A stretch of 64,000 nucleotides of DNA from an uncultured Candidatus Bathyarchaeia archaeon (GCA_964529745.1 CAZGZR010000004.1:551-64550); one strand, 5' to 3'; counted from the stretch's first letter, positions 19,064 to 28,591 are shown. Numbers and translations are program-made. The notes: a model not told the origin generated them from the letters alone.

Positions 19064-19972
19064 ATGGAGAAACAAACAACCATCAAGGAACGCTTGCTAG
19101 GCACCGGAGACAACTTTATCCTTCTTTTTGCCACCAAAGAAAGCGGCGGCGTTTCAGGTGAGAAGCCCCCCGCAGGCAGAGCCTTCTTCTTTAAGACCCT
19201 CGCCTCCATAGAGCTCAACAGGATTTACAGGGAAATCATGACCGCCGAGACGGCGGACTACTTGGCCACCGAGACCGGCATAGACTGGGGATACCTAGGA
19301 TCTACTGGAATCGGCTCAGGAGACGACATACTTAGGATCGAGAACGATCCTTGGTGGATGTATCACTTCGGTTACTCCCCTCTCCAGTGGAGCCTCAGGG
19401 TCTATAAGAGGCTTGACGTCGGCGACCCGATAACTGGTTGGGAATACAGCCTCAGCGACGAGCCGGACCCCACCGCAGGGGACGACTATGGGTACGTTTC
19501 AGGCAGGGAGTGTCTTGATTACTGGGATCCCCCTATCACGACGGAGACCGTGGCCTTCAGAAGCAAAGATAACGGACGCATGTGGGATTGGGGCTTCTAC
19601 AACGAAAGCGACGAGAGGCAGATCAACCCCATTCTGCACATCGTAGGCGCCGCATACAAGATCATACCGATAGTAAAGACGACGATCCAGGACAAACTGA
19701 TAACCGGTGAGATCCCCCGGCGGCTAATAACCGTCGACGGACTCAAGAACTTTACCGAGGAGACCATAATCCCCAAGGAATGGAAAGCCGTGGGGAACGA
19801 GCAGGAGGTAACCTTCGATCAGATAACCGGCGTGTTCGCTCGGGGTCAGAGAGTTGTACGAATGCCCGTCATGGAGGAAACCGCAGCTAGACTAGGTGCA
19901 TTTATGGCTCCTGGAGAAGACGCATCAAAGGCTATTGACCGCCTACTCAACCAGCAGGTAAGGAGGGCCTAA
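19064..19972 (+). CDS. Putative virion protein
   Basis: 302 aa, acidic/aromatic, in candidate structural operon. Confidence 0.6.
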   Translation: MEKQTTIKERLLGTGDNFILLFATKESGGVSGEKPPAGRAFFFKTLASIELNRIYREIMTAETADYLATETGIDWGYLGSTGIGSGDDILRIENDPWWMYHFGYSPLQWSLRVYKRLDVGDPITGWEYSLSDEPDPTAGDDYGYVSGRECLDYWDPPITTETVAFRSKDNGRMWDWGFYNESDERQINPILHIVGAAYKIIPIVKTTIQDKLITGEIPRRLITVDGLKNFTEETIIPKEWKAVGNEQEVTFDQITGVFARGQRVVRMPVMEETAARLGAFMAPGEDASKAIDRLLNQQVRRA

Positions 19973-19974
19973 TA

Positions 19975-20352
19975 ATGGGCGTAAGTAAACTACCTGATCA
20001 ACGTAGGTGGATTCAGAGAACCCGGGAAGGAGACATAACCGGCCCCAGCGCCGGCGCCAACCTGGTAACCTATGAGTCCGACTATGAATCCAGGCTAACA
20101 CGTCTCGAGATCCACAGCGACAGAGGTGGCTTCTTTGAGGTCTATGAGCGCAACCACAACGGCAGCAGCCCCGTAAAGAGGGCTAGCTTCCGCATGGCTT
20201 CAAGCGGAGGCGAGATAAACCGTAAGGGCACCCTCGAGGACCCGATACTAACCTGGGCCGCAGGGAAGGAGCTCACAGTCCAGATCGTGCCAAGCGGCGG
20301 AGCAGCTGAAAAGTCTCAGGCATGGATAACATTCTGGGAAGAGAATCCATAG
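19975..20352 (+). CDS. Putative virion protein
   Basis: MGVSKLPDQ N-terminus; beta-sandwich pattern; T-run after stop. Confidence 0.6.
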   Translation: MGVSKLPDQRRWIQRTREGDITGPSAGANLVTYESDYESRLTRLEIHSDRGGFFEVYERNHNGSSPVKRASFRMASSGGEINRKGTLEDPILTWAAGKELTVQIVPSGGAAEKSQAWITFWEENP

Positions 20353-20502
20353 ACTTAATTTCCCCCCTTTTTTTGATTATCTGTGAATAGCTTAAGAGAT
20401 TCTGTATCTAGGTGGACTTGTTCAGGGGTAGGTACACGGAAAGCAGTGGCTAACTGGTGTACTTCATCTAAAAACAGGGGAAAAGCCAGAAAAAAGTAGG
20501 GG

Positions 20503-20952
20503 CTACTTCGTAAGCGTCGGGATGGCTACCGCCGGCTTCAGCGCATACGCGGGAGTGCCGTTCTTCACGAGCGTGGGAGTCTTCTCTGTCACCCTTGTCG
20601 GTAGAGCGAAAGGTACTCCTCGAGGAGGCTGACCGGTGGTGGGGTCGACGTTGCCCTGCTTCTTGTTGTACATTTCCTTCCCGTTGCCTTTCCCAAACGA
20701 AGGCAACATGCTCGATAGCTCCGGGAGAGGCGGGAGATTAGGCAGATCAAGCTTAGGAAGCGTGGGGAACCCCTCTAACTTTGTTCCTGGCTTCTCTAGA
20801 CTCTTCTGGATATCGCCAAGCATCTCATTGGGACCCTTCGGCAGGGAGAACCCCATGCTGGTTTTAACCATGCTGCTGAACTGTTTCTCAGGCTGAGCTA
20901 GGAACTCCGTGAAGCCGCTTAGCTTCGGTGCAGATTGGGGTAATGCGACCAT
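20503..20952 (-). CDS. Pro-rich hypothetical protein
   Basis: LP repeats. Confidence 0.6.
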   Translation of the reverse strand: MVALPQSAPKLSGFTEFLAQPEKQFSSMVKTSMGFSLPKGPNEMLGDIQKSLEKPGTKLEGFPTLPKLDLPNLPPLPELSSMLPSFGKGNGKEMYNKKQGNVDPTTGQPPRGVPFALPTRVTEKTPTLVKNGTPAYALKPAVAIPTLTK

Positions 20953-20963
20953 TTCTAGCTACC

Positions 20964-21212
20964 TCACTTCCTCACGAGATCAACCGGTGTGTCCAGCGCC
21001 TCCGCGACTCCGCCCCCCAGAGTCTTTAGGGCGCTGCTGCCGGCGGTAACGACGTCGTTGACAGCGTTGTGGGGTCCAGCGTCTCCCAGAGGGCCCTTGT
21101 TGAGAGACACCGTTATGTCACCGCTTATACTCGCCGGGATGCTTGCTAGACTATCAAGGACTCCCTTCACTATCTGGTGAGGTAGCTCCTTGGGTATTTC
21201 CGGGGTCTTCAC
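20964..21212 (-). CDS. Small amphipathic protein
   Basis: 82 aa, Ala/Gly-rich helices. Confidence 0.55.
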   Translation of the reverse strand: MKTPEIPKELPHQIVKGVLDSLASIPASISGDITVSLNKGPLGDAGPHNAVNDVVTAGSSALKTLGGGVAEALDTPVDLVRK

Positions 21213-21257
21213 TTTAAGTCACTATGAGTAGATAGATAATCAATGCTTTTAAGTTTT

Positions 21258-21572
21258 CTAGAAGATTTGCCGTAATAACGCATCAAGCATAGCCTTAGGT
21301 ATCAACGGCTTTATCACAAAATAGTAGACCCCCGCCGTGATCAGCAGTCCAAGTATCAAACCAACCCCCATTCCCACCAGAAAACTCGTTTGATTCCACT
21401 CTGAAACAAGAAAACTGGCTCCACAGTGGGGGCACTTCACCCATCCAGGGGCTACGTTAAACGTTGTTTTGCAGAAGGGACATACAAAGGTGAGCTCCGG
21501 CCACTGGCTTTCCCAGACCTTAATGGGTAAAGGCGGATATGGGGGCGGTAAAAGACTCAGGTACTGCTGCAA
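21258..21572 (-). CDS. PPPYPP / Zn-ribbon / TM protein
   Basis: PPPYPPLP, CPFC..CPHC, GMGVG TM helix. Confidence 0.65.
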   Translation of the reverse strand: MQQYLSLLPPPYPPLPIKVWESQWPELTFVCPFCKTTFNVAPGWVKCPHCGASFLVSEWNQTSFLVGMGVGLILGLLITAGVYYFVIKPLIPKAMLDALLRQIF

Positions 21573-21583
21573 TTAACCCTCTC

Positions 21584-23062
21584 CTACACCAAGGCGCAAT
21601 ACTTCAGCAGCCCATAACCAAGGACCGCACTCTTCTCAGCGGGTATCTGACTCATTTTCTTCTTTACGTCATCTATGCTGTCTATGTAGAACCGGTCTAG
21701 CGCGTGGGCCGTGATGCCTCCAACGTGGGGGGTGGCCATGCTCGTCCCTATCATCATGTCGTAGCCGTTGGGGAAGTAGTCGTTTATCCCGTCGTACCAG
21801 GGAGTGCAAGCCGCTACGATCTGGCTGTTCTGGTCTCCGCCTATGCCGGCGACGTCCGGCTTCAAGAAGTTGTCCCCGTATTCCTGGTAGTGCTCGTCAA
21901 AGGCGCTGGGATTCTCTTCATACCAGGTTCCTTGAGGCCCACGGCTTGTGTAGCTCGAGGCTCGGGGTTCCTTCCAGTCCATGGCACCCACCGTTAGAAC
22001 GTATGGAGACGCCCCCGGGCTGTTTATGCTCCAGTCTAGTCCGTCGTTGCCGGCAGCCACTATGAAGTTTGTACCGTACTTCTTGTACAGGTTCTCCACG
22101 AGGACGCACTCGGGATCATCCTTAACGGATCCCATCAAGGGACCACCCAGACTCATGTTGACCACCTTGGCGCCCTTCTTGGCGCAATACTCCATGGCCT
22201 TCATGATCTGGAAACTCGTCGCAGGCCCTAGTGCTGAGAACACTTTCACATGAAGGTAACGTGGAGCCGAGGCTACGGGAATAAATTTACCGTATCTGGG
22301 AGAATCTGCAGCACGGCCAAAGGCACAGCTTGAGACCCAGCTGCCGTGCCCCATTGTGTCGAAGGGCGGCTCCACTGTTAGGCTTATAGTGTCGTAGTCA
22401 ACGAAAGGTACCCCCAGGGCCCCGTTGAAGGGGAAAGGAGGCGGAGCGTTTACCCCTGTATCTATCACTGCTACCTTTGTCTCCTCGGAGAGAACATTTT
22501 CGACTGGTGCCTCCATTAGCTGTCTAGTCTGGGTCACCAGCTTCCAGTCTCTTGTAGTGAGCATAGGGGGGAACCCGCCGAATATCTTACTTAGGCTCTC
22601 CTCTGGGCTCTTCAAGATATCCAGCGGCGTCGATAATATGTCTAGAGCTGCTTGAAGGGGTGTAGGTATCTGAGCAGCTGGCTTAAAGTCTATGCCTAGA
22701 CCCCCTAACTCGTTACGCGACAGCTTCGAGAGTACAGGGTCACGGAAGACCGCGATGCGCTTGAATATCTCATCAACCCCCACGGCCATGGGGGATACAC
22801 GTTTCTGCATGGAGACCTGGATTACCCCCGACCATCGAGCTACTTTATCGAAGTCTCCCGGTTCAGGTAGATCACAGAAAACAAAGTCATCCACCACGCC
22901 CTGAACAGAGTATCCCTCGTTTCTCAGCTGGGCCGCCACATTGGGGGCTTCTCCCGGCTGCACATGAACAGTAGCCAGTATTCCCTTCAGGTCTTTACCT
23001 TTTCGCTCGGCCTGCTTGAAGGCCGTCTCCGCCCATGGATTTACTTTTCCATCCATCACCAT
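21584..23062 (-). CDS. Subtilisin-like S8 serine protease with propeptide
   Basis: VIDTG, GHGS, AAGN, GTSMATPH catalytic motifs. Confidence 0.93.
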   Translation of the reverse strand: MVMDGKVNPWAETAFKQAERKGKDLKGILATVHVQPGEAPNVAAQLRNEGYSVQGVVDDFVFCDLPEPGDFDKVARWSGVIQVSMQKRVSPMAVGVDEIFKRIAVFRDPVLSKLSRNELGGLGIDFKPAAQIPTPLQAALDILSTPLDILKSPEESLSKIFGGFPPMLTTRDWKLVTQTRQLMEAPVENVLSEETKVAVIDTGVNAPPPFPFNGALGVPFVDYDTISLTVEPPFDTMGHGSWVSSCAFGRAADSPRYGKFIPVASAPRYLHVKVFSALGPATSFQIMKAMEYCAKKGAKVVNMSLGGPLMGSVKDDPECVLVENLYKKYGTNFIVAAGNDGLDWSINSPGASPYVLTVGAMDWKEPRASSYTSRGPQGTWYEENPSAFDEHYQEYGDNFLKPDVAGIGGDQNSQIVAACTPWYDGINDYFPNGYDMMIGTSMATPHVGGITAHALDRFYIDSIDDVKKKMSQIPAEKSAVLGYGLLKYCALV

Positions 23063-23080
23063 TTCACCATTTTTTAGAGC

Positions 23081-24070
23081 TTATACTAGGAGGAAGTTAT
23101 CCGCCCAAGCGGTACCTCCTTTCAGGTAATACCAGGATACCCCCCACAGGTAAATATGACAGATGTTCGATGACAGCCTATTTTCCTCCTGGTAAACCTC
23201 CACGCCCTCCTCGAGGACCTTGAACAGATTATCCTCGAACCTGATCTCTACCCGATCCGGGTCTTTGGCCCTATCCTTACCATATAGTACATAGTCTCCC
23301 AGGGCGTTTATGCTGAATCTGTTTTTTATTCCCCACACGAATACATTATATCCCTGATTATAGGGAAGGGAGTACATTTCCTCTGATTCGGGCAGCACGG
23401 TCAACGCGCAGATCTCGTAATAGTCACTGTGTAGAGCAGCCGATATCCTCTTACCTGTGACGTCCACGGGTTTCTCGTTCCATATACCCCCGCCGCGTCC
23501 TGTGTTTGGACAAGATATCTCTAGGCGCCCGTTTTGCTCAGATGCTTTTCCAATTCCAGAATAGGGGCTAGCTATAGTGAATATATTCCAGACTTTTTTA
23601 TCGAGCTCATTGTCGTTGAAGTTATCCCAGAGCACATCGGTCTCGTAGGTTGGGAGCACTATAGGTAGACTCGGAGGCAGCTGTATAGGTAGACCCGTCT
23701 CACCTAAAACCACTCTCAGCTTAACCTGCTTTTTCTCAATGGTCACCGTATCCTGATATTTCCCTTGTCTGTCTGTCATTCCCGATGAGAGACTATCGTT
23801 ATTCCCATAGATGCTTACAGGGAATAACGGTACTCCTAGTCCTGTCTTCTTCTCCAGGACCTCCGCCAAGACCTCAGCATCCAAAGCGGCATCCTCGAAA
23901 CTGGTGCTAACCAAGCTGGCTTTCAGATCAAATGGACTAATCGAGTCCAGCACTCTACCCAACTTTGGCAGCATTAAGGAGACCGTCCTTAAGGAGACCG
24001 TGGGAGTGGGAACACCCTCCAGGGTTAGATTCCTTAGGGCCGCCTCCACCTCAGGGGATACCTCACTCAA
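23081..24070 (-). CDS. Putative virion protein with C-terminal lectin-like beta-sandwich
   Basis: WDNFNDNELD..W start of ConA/LamG-like domain, ends ADNF. Confidence 0.55.
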   Translation of the reverse strand: MSEVSPEVEAALRNLTLEGVPTPTVSLRTVSLMLPKLGRVLDSISPFDLKASLVSTSFEDAALDAEVLAEVLEKKTGLGVPLFPVSIYGNNDSLSSGMTDRQGKYQDTVTIEKKQVKLRVVLGETGLPIQLPPSLPIVLPTYETDVLWDNFNDNELDKKVWNIFTIASPYSGIGKASEQNGRLEISCPNTGRGGGIWNEKPVDVTGKRISAALHSDYYEICALTVLPESEEMYSLPYNQGYNVFVWGIKNRFSINALGDYVLYGKDRAKDPDRVEIRFEDNLFKVLEEGVEVYQEENRLSSNICHIYLWGVSWYYLKGGTAWADNFLLV

Positions 24071-24330
24071 TGTTTGTTCACCTTCTTAGAGGGTTCAACA
24101 AGTTCCTTAGCTAAGTTAAGCATGGGCTCCATTTCCTTATCAAGCTTCTCTAAAAGTTCAACCCCCTTCTTCATCGTCGGCTCCGTTTTTTCTATAACCT
24201 GACGTAGCTCTCTTACTTCCTTCACTAGCTCCGGTGCGTTTTTATTGAAAACCTTAATCTCCACTACAAGGGTTTTTACATCATCACGTAGATCCCCTAT
24301 AGCCGCGCTCAACTCCTGAAACATCGCCAT
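24067..24330 (-). CDS. Coiled-coil protein
   Basis: Heptad pattern. Confidence 0.6.
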   Translation of the reverse strand: MAMFQELSAAIGDLRDDVKTLVVEIKVFNKNAPELVKEVRELRQVIEKTEPTMKKGVELLEKLDKEMEPMLNLAKELVEPSKKVNKH

Positions 24331-24351
24331 AAATTAGAGTATGTCGATAGA

Positions 24352-24612
24352 TTAGAAAAATATTGGTATTCCCATCCTTTAGCTACCTTTATACTCTTCA
24401 ATAATCTAAGGGCTAAATGGCTAAAAATGCCACCCGCACGGACAATCAACCTGAAAGGAGTCGATCTATCAGCCTACGATATCTGCTATAGTAATCGTAA
24501 AGGAGAAGTACTATGTATAAACGCCCCCGACAAAGACGAGTTAAAAGAACTCTTCACATGGGCGTTAGCTGAAGTAGAGATGAACCCTTAGAGTTAGAAA
24601 AATATTGGTATT
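24352..24612. repeat. 19-bp direct repeat TTAGAAAAATATTGGTATT (24352-24370 and 24594-24612)
   Basis: Exact match; second copy is the 3' end of the UbiA gene. Confidence 0.85.
24427..24591 (+). CDS. Small hypothetical protein between the direct repeats (not in ORF track)
   Basis: MPPARTINLKGVDLSAYDICYSNRKGEVLCINAPDKDELKELFTWALAEVEMNP. Confidence 0.5.
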   Translation: MPPARTINLKGVDLSAYDICYSNRKGEVLCINAPDKDELKELFTWALAEVEMNP

Positions 24613-25469
24613 AAAAGTGGGATCGACGCTATCAGCGGAAATAGCATCATAACCCCCAGACAGAAAATCACTCCTCGAGGAAAGTCGTAATCCAGGATTA
24701 TCCCCAGGAAATGGCTTATGGGTAGTATAAGCACCGTCCAAAGAGTCACCTGAGGCATCAGACCCATCAAGACGAAGGCTACCTGCATAACCATTGATCC
24801 AGTCGCCAAGAACATCCATATCTGACTCGGCTGTATCTTAGCCTTCATCATGTAGTACGCCACAGTCTTTATCTTTTTCTGGAAGTCAGTCTCAACGTCC
24901 GGCCACTGATCTAATGTGTATATTATGCCGGCCCAGAACCCTAGTAGTATCCCAGCAGCCAGACCCGTAGCATCCACCGGCTTCAACAGAGAATACGCGA
25001 AAGTGGTCGCACCGAATCCATGTCCTAGAAAAAGCGCTATCTCCCCTAGGCCTCGAGGCTTGAAGAAGTCTGTATAGGTTATAGCCATGGCCGGCCCAAT
25101 AGCGTACACGAGAATAACGTCTAACCTAAGCGGCGCATACGTCACTAGGAGGGCTATGCTAAGTAAACCGAAACCAATGGCTGAAGCTATTACCTCCGTC
25201 TCGGTTAGCAGCTTTAGAGGCAGCACCTGCGCCCCAGCCGTGTAGGGCTTTATGGTGCTCCCGTTCTCGGCGGAGTCAAGGCCTCGGGCGTAGTCTCTCC
25301 AGCTGTTTATGAAGTGGGCGCTAAAAAGCCAGAATAGGGTAGCCAAGAAGGATACCCCCCACATCTTCCAGTTGAAGCCGGCTAAGGTGACGCCTAACAG
25401 GGTGTTGAACAGCATCCATGGGAACACGAATAGTCTCGTCGCCATTATCCAGGCTTTTACTTTGCTCAT
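24594..25469 (-). CDS. UbiA/MenA-family prenyltransferase
   Basis: W..ATR, NSWRDY..GLD, D..PDVETD..K.KT motifs; multiple TM helices. Confidence 0.85.
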   Translation of the reverse strand: MSKVKAWIMATRLFVFPWMLFNTLLGVTLAGFNWKMWGVSFLATLFWLFSAHFINSWRDYARGLDSAENGSTIKPYTAGAQVLPLKLLTETEVIASAIGFGLLSIALLVTYAPLRLDVILVYAIGPAMAITYTDFFKPRGLGEIALFLGHGFGATTFAYSLLKPVDATGLAAGILLGFWAGIIYTLDQWPDVETDFQKKIKTVAYYMMKAKIQPSQIWMFLATGSMVMQVAFVLMGLMPQVTLWTVLILPISHFLGIILDYDFPRGVIFCLGVMMLFPLIASIPLLIPIFF

Positions 25470-25852
25470 TGTACCACCTTCGCTACTATGGCGCTCATGG
25501 CCCTAAAGGATTTGGCCCACTTCTCGCATTCTATCAGGTTTATGTTGCCATCGGATGCGGTCTCTATCACGAAGTTACCCTTGGTTATTGCTTCTCTCAG
25601 CGATAGATCGCCGGACACCACATCTAAGAAGCAGTCCATGGTGCACTTCAGTACATGGACGGGTTCCTCATTTCCTTCTGCGTACACGATCCTTTGACCG
25701 TCACATTTCAGCTTAAGGGTCTCGCCGTCTATGCCAACAACCTTCAGCATAGACACCCTGCCCTTTCCTTCCTGGTAAAACTCCTCCGCCTCCTTATAGA
25801 AACGATCTTGAAGCTGTAGGAGCTTATCAACTATCTTTTTTACGTTACCCAT
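25466..25852 (-). CDS. SCP2 lipid-binding domain protein
   Basis: F.DVVSGDLSLREAITKGNFVIE resembles SCP2 C-terminal pattern. Confidence 0.65.
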   Translation of the reverse strand: MGNVKKIVDKLLQLQDRFYKEAEEFYQEGKGRVSMLKVVGIDGETLKLKCDGQRIVYAEGNEEPVHVLKCTMDCFLDVVSGDLSLREAITKGNFVIETASDGNINLIECEKWAKSFRAMSAIVAKVVQ

Positions 25853-26608
25853 CTACATCATCCTCTCTAACACTTTCTCAAGAATCACCCGACGTATCGA
25901 CTTCCCCCTCTTCCTCAGAATAACCGGGTTCTTCATGGCTTCGAGCACCAGTTCAACGGGAAAGTGGTTTATCAACTTGTTTTTTGCTACATCTAGCCGC
26001 ATCGGTATCTCCATTAGCGTCGGTATCCCCTGGTCCTCAAAGTCGTGATCCTCAGGAAAAATGTTGAATCCATAACCACACCTAGGGCACTCCACTAGGG
26101 TCATGTTCTTGACGAGTCCTAGGATAGGAGTCTCTGATTCCCTGCAGAGCTCTATAACCCGCTCCACATTGGACTTAGCTAAAACGCTGGGAACCGTCAC
26201 GACAAGCACATAGTCCATCAGAGGGATCATCGCCTGAGGCTCATTTCCGGTTCCGGGGGGAAAATCCACTATCAGATACTCTAGCCCGCTCCAGTCTGTT
26301 TCAGTGAAAAGCTGCTTAGCGGCTGCTGATAAGTCGTCACCCGCCCACATCACCGGGTCACCCTCAGAGGCTAATTGACCTAGTGATATGAACTTTAGCC
26401 CATCCTCGTCTGTTGGGATGAACCTGTCATCTTCAACGACAAGGGGTGCTTTACAGAGTATATCGGTCAGGTTAGGGCCTGTCAGGTCGACGTCCAGCAT
26501 ACCTGTACGGTATCCTTTACGCTGGAGGGCCCTTGCTAGGCTGTGAGCTACTGTGGTTTTACCTGTTCCGCCCTTTCCGCTTATGACTCCTATCTTCGTA
26601 AGCGTCAT
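25853..26608 (-). CDS. Mrp/NBP35 (ApbC-like) P-loop ATPase
   Basis: SGKGGTGKTT, DVDLTGP, DFPPGT, NM...CPRC. Confidence 0.85.
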   Translation of the reverse strand: MTLTKIGVISGKGGTGKTTVAHSLARALQRKGYRTGMLDVDLTGPNLTDILCKAPLVVEDDRFIPTDEDGLKFISLGQLASEGDPVMWAGDDLSAAAKQLFTETDWSGLEYLIVDFPPGTGNEPQAMIPLMDYVLVVTVPSVLAKSNVERVIELCRESETPILGLVKNMTLVECPRCGYGFNIFPEDHDFEDQGIPTLMEIPMRLDVAKNKLINHFPVELVLEAMKNPVILRKRGKSIRRVILEKVLERMM

Positions 26609-26651
26609 AATCTATATACTGAGGTATGACAGTTTTAAATCATAGTGTGAC

Positions 26652-26852
26652 ATGTCCGAAAGAATCTCCGTCAGAGTGACGGTTGAGGAAAAGGAAATGG
26701 CCGATAAGCTAGCCAATTATCTCTACACAAAAGGCAAAATACAGGAAAACAACGTAAGTGAGGCAGTCAGGCTTAGCATACGGTTTCTAACCCAGGAGCT
26801 CCTTAAAAACATCGAGGCCGAACGTCTAGGCGTGTTGCCAAGGAAGATGTAA
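26652..26852 (+). CDS. Ribbon-helix-helix regulator
   Basis: RISVRVT..EK...NVSEAVR. Confidence 0.7.
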   Translation: MSERISVRVTVEEKEMADKLANYLYTKGKIQENNVSEAVRLSIRFLTQELLKNIEAERLGVLPRKM

Positions 26853-26854
26853 CA

Positions 26855-28294
26855 ATGTCAGACAGAAACAGAAACAAGAACCAGAACAAGGAGTTACCAT
26901 CTCTGAATAACTCTCAAGGAGACCCTCAGGGGGAAACCTCAGAGGATCGCCACGAGCCCCTCAGAGAGGGTGAACCTGAAGAAAACCCCACTCCAGAGGA
27001 CCCTCGAGAGACGGCCCGTAATATGCTCAGACAAGGAATACCAGAAGAAGAAATAGCAACTAAAACGGGTTTAACCACAGCCGTCATATACGGTCTAAAA
27101 GGCGCTCTTCGGTCCTCGGGTGAACTTGTCCCTGAAGGAGAGGCAGAGGAGACCCCCTCCTACCTTCCCCCAGAGATACAGTACATACAAGATGCTAAGG
27201 CATTCATTCAGTCACGTCTATCAGAAATATACGGGATAGGAGCTTCAGATAAGGTAGTCATGAGGGCGCTTAACGATGATGTTAGCGCCATGAGGGACCC
27301 CAACCTACTTCACGCATTCATAAAGAGCCTGGCGATTAAGGCTAATGATCAGCAGCTGGGTATCTTCTTGATTAGACCCCTGTTCAATCAGTATCCTATG
27401 CTACCTAACATGGTGGACATGGTGACTCGAGGACAGAATGCCCCTAACACGCAGCCAATGTACTTGGGTGGCTCCACAGGGTGGAGTGGACGCCCTGACT
27501 ATACATATAGGTTCAACACGGGGTTTGGAACCGGATATGGACAGGAGTATGGATTCCCATCTGTTCCTGTTCATCAAGGTTATCCACCCGGGTATTTCTC
27601 GCCTAGCTACAATATGCCCCCGAAACCTCCAGGTAAAGTGCACAAGGTGGTCTATGACGGTCAGGAGATAGAGACCGATGCAGATGGGTACAGAGCATGG
27701 CAGAAGTTCATTCAGGAAGAGAAGGACCGGGAAGAGGAGAAGGAGCAGAGGAAAGAGAAGCACGAGCTTGAGATGACTGAACTGAAGAAGCGCATCGAGG
27801 ACAGCGGAAAGGATGAAAAAACCATACCGGTTGATATTGACGGACAGAAGATAGACGTACCGATGTCCATGGCGCCTCTATATTTGGGTCTTAAGGAGAA
27901 CCCAAAGATGGAGGAACTTAGAACCAAACTGGAAGAGGCGAAAGAAGCGCGTAACAGAGAGTCACTTGAACGCCTAGAGAAAAAAATTGAGGATCAGCCC
28001 TCTTTCATGGATCAGCTGAATTACTATAACAGCGTAGCGCCACAGTTGGGGTTCCACACAGGGGCTAAATCGACTCTAGACCTGGTGGACTCCGCTAGAG
28101 AGGATTTTAACGTCGTTGCTCAAAAAATCCTTAGCAAGATGCCGGGGGGCAATCAGGACTTTATTCCCCAGGTAAATAGAACTCCCCAAGAGAGGGACGA
28201 AAAGGCACGGCAGATACTCGAGGGACTTGATAAAACCGAGGGTCTCCTGGCCGCCGAGGACGAGCTGATGAAGGCTGCTAGCAAGGTAACATAG
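26855..28294 (+). CDS. Large HTH / G-Y-P-rich / coiled-coil protein
   Basis: N-terminal HTH (EEIATKTGLT), low-complexity middle, coiled coils. Confidence 0.7.
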   Translation: MSDRNRNKNQNKELPSLNNSQGDPQGETSEDRHEPLREGEPEENPTPEDPRETARNMLRQGIPEEEIATKTGLTTAVIYGLKGALRSSGELVPEGEAEETPSYLPPEIQYIQDAKAFIQSRLSEIYGIGASDKVVMRALNDDVSAMRDPNLLHAFIKSLAIKANDQQLGIFLIRPLFNQYPMLPNMVDMVTRGQNAPNTQPMYLGGSTGWSGRPDYTYRFNTGFGTGYGQEYGFPSVPVHQGYPPGYFSPSYNMPPKPPGKVHKVVYDGQEIETDADGYRAWQKFIQEEKDREEEKEQRKEKHELEMTELKKRIEDSGKDEKTIPVDIDGQKIDVPMSMAPLYLGLKENPKMEELRTKLEEAKEARNRESLERLEKKIEDQPSFMDQLNYYNSVAPQLGFHTGAKSTLDLVDSAREDFNVVAQKILSKMPGGNQDFIPQVNRTPQERDEKARQILEGLDKTEGLLAAEDELMKAASKVT

Positions 28295-28348
28295 CAACCC
28301 CTTTTTTTATACCTAACAACATATCTTTCATAGAGGAGATATCTGGCT

Positions 28349-28591
28349 GTGACCGATAGCGACCTTAATACTCTTCTACGGCAGCTGGTGCCGGCGCCGC
28401 CACCGTATCCACCCGTACCCTTGTTTCTGTTAGAGAACGAGACCGCCCTAAAGGAGATTTTTAAACCGACGTTTAGAAATGACATACTTTTAGACTCGGT
28501 TTCGTGGGGTGTAGGTGTAGGGATAAGCCGGATCATAAGACAGGCACTATCACAGTTGAAGATACCTGGAGCAAAAAGTGTGGAGATCTAG
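28349..28591 (+). CDS. Small PPPYPP protein with GxGxG segment
   Basis: PPPYPPVP...WGVGVG; GGAG RBS. Confidence 0.6.
   Translation: MTDSDLNTLLRQLVPAPPPYPPVPLFLLENETALKEIFKPTFRNDILLDSVSWGVGVGISRIIRQALSQLKIPGAKSVEI

Noticed and set aside
20405-20470. Possible structured RNA between convergent operons
   Set aside because: Stems are short and compatible with chance or a terminator
25853-26608. ParA partner for the ParB-like gene
   Set aside because: DFPPGT and NM..CPRC are Mrp/NBP35 signatures and the genes are not linked
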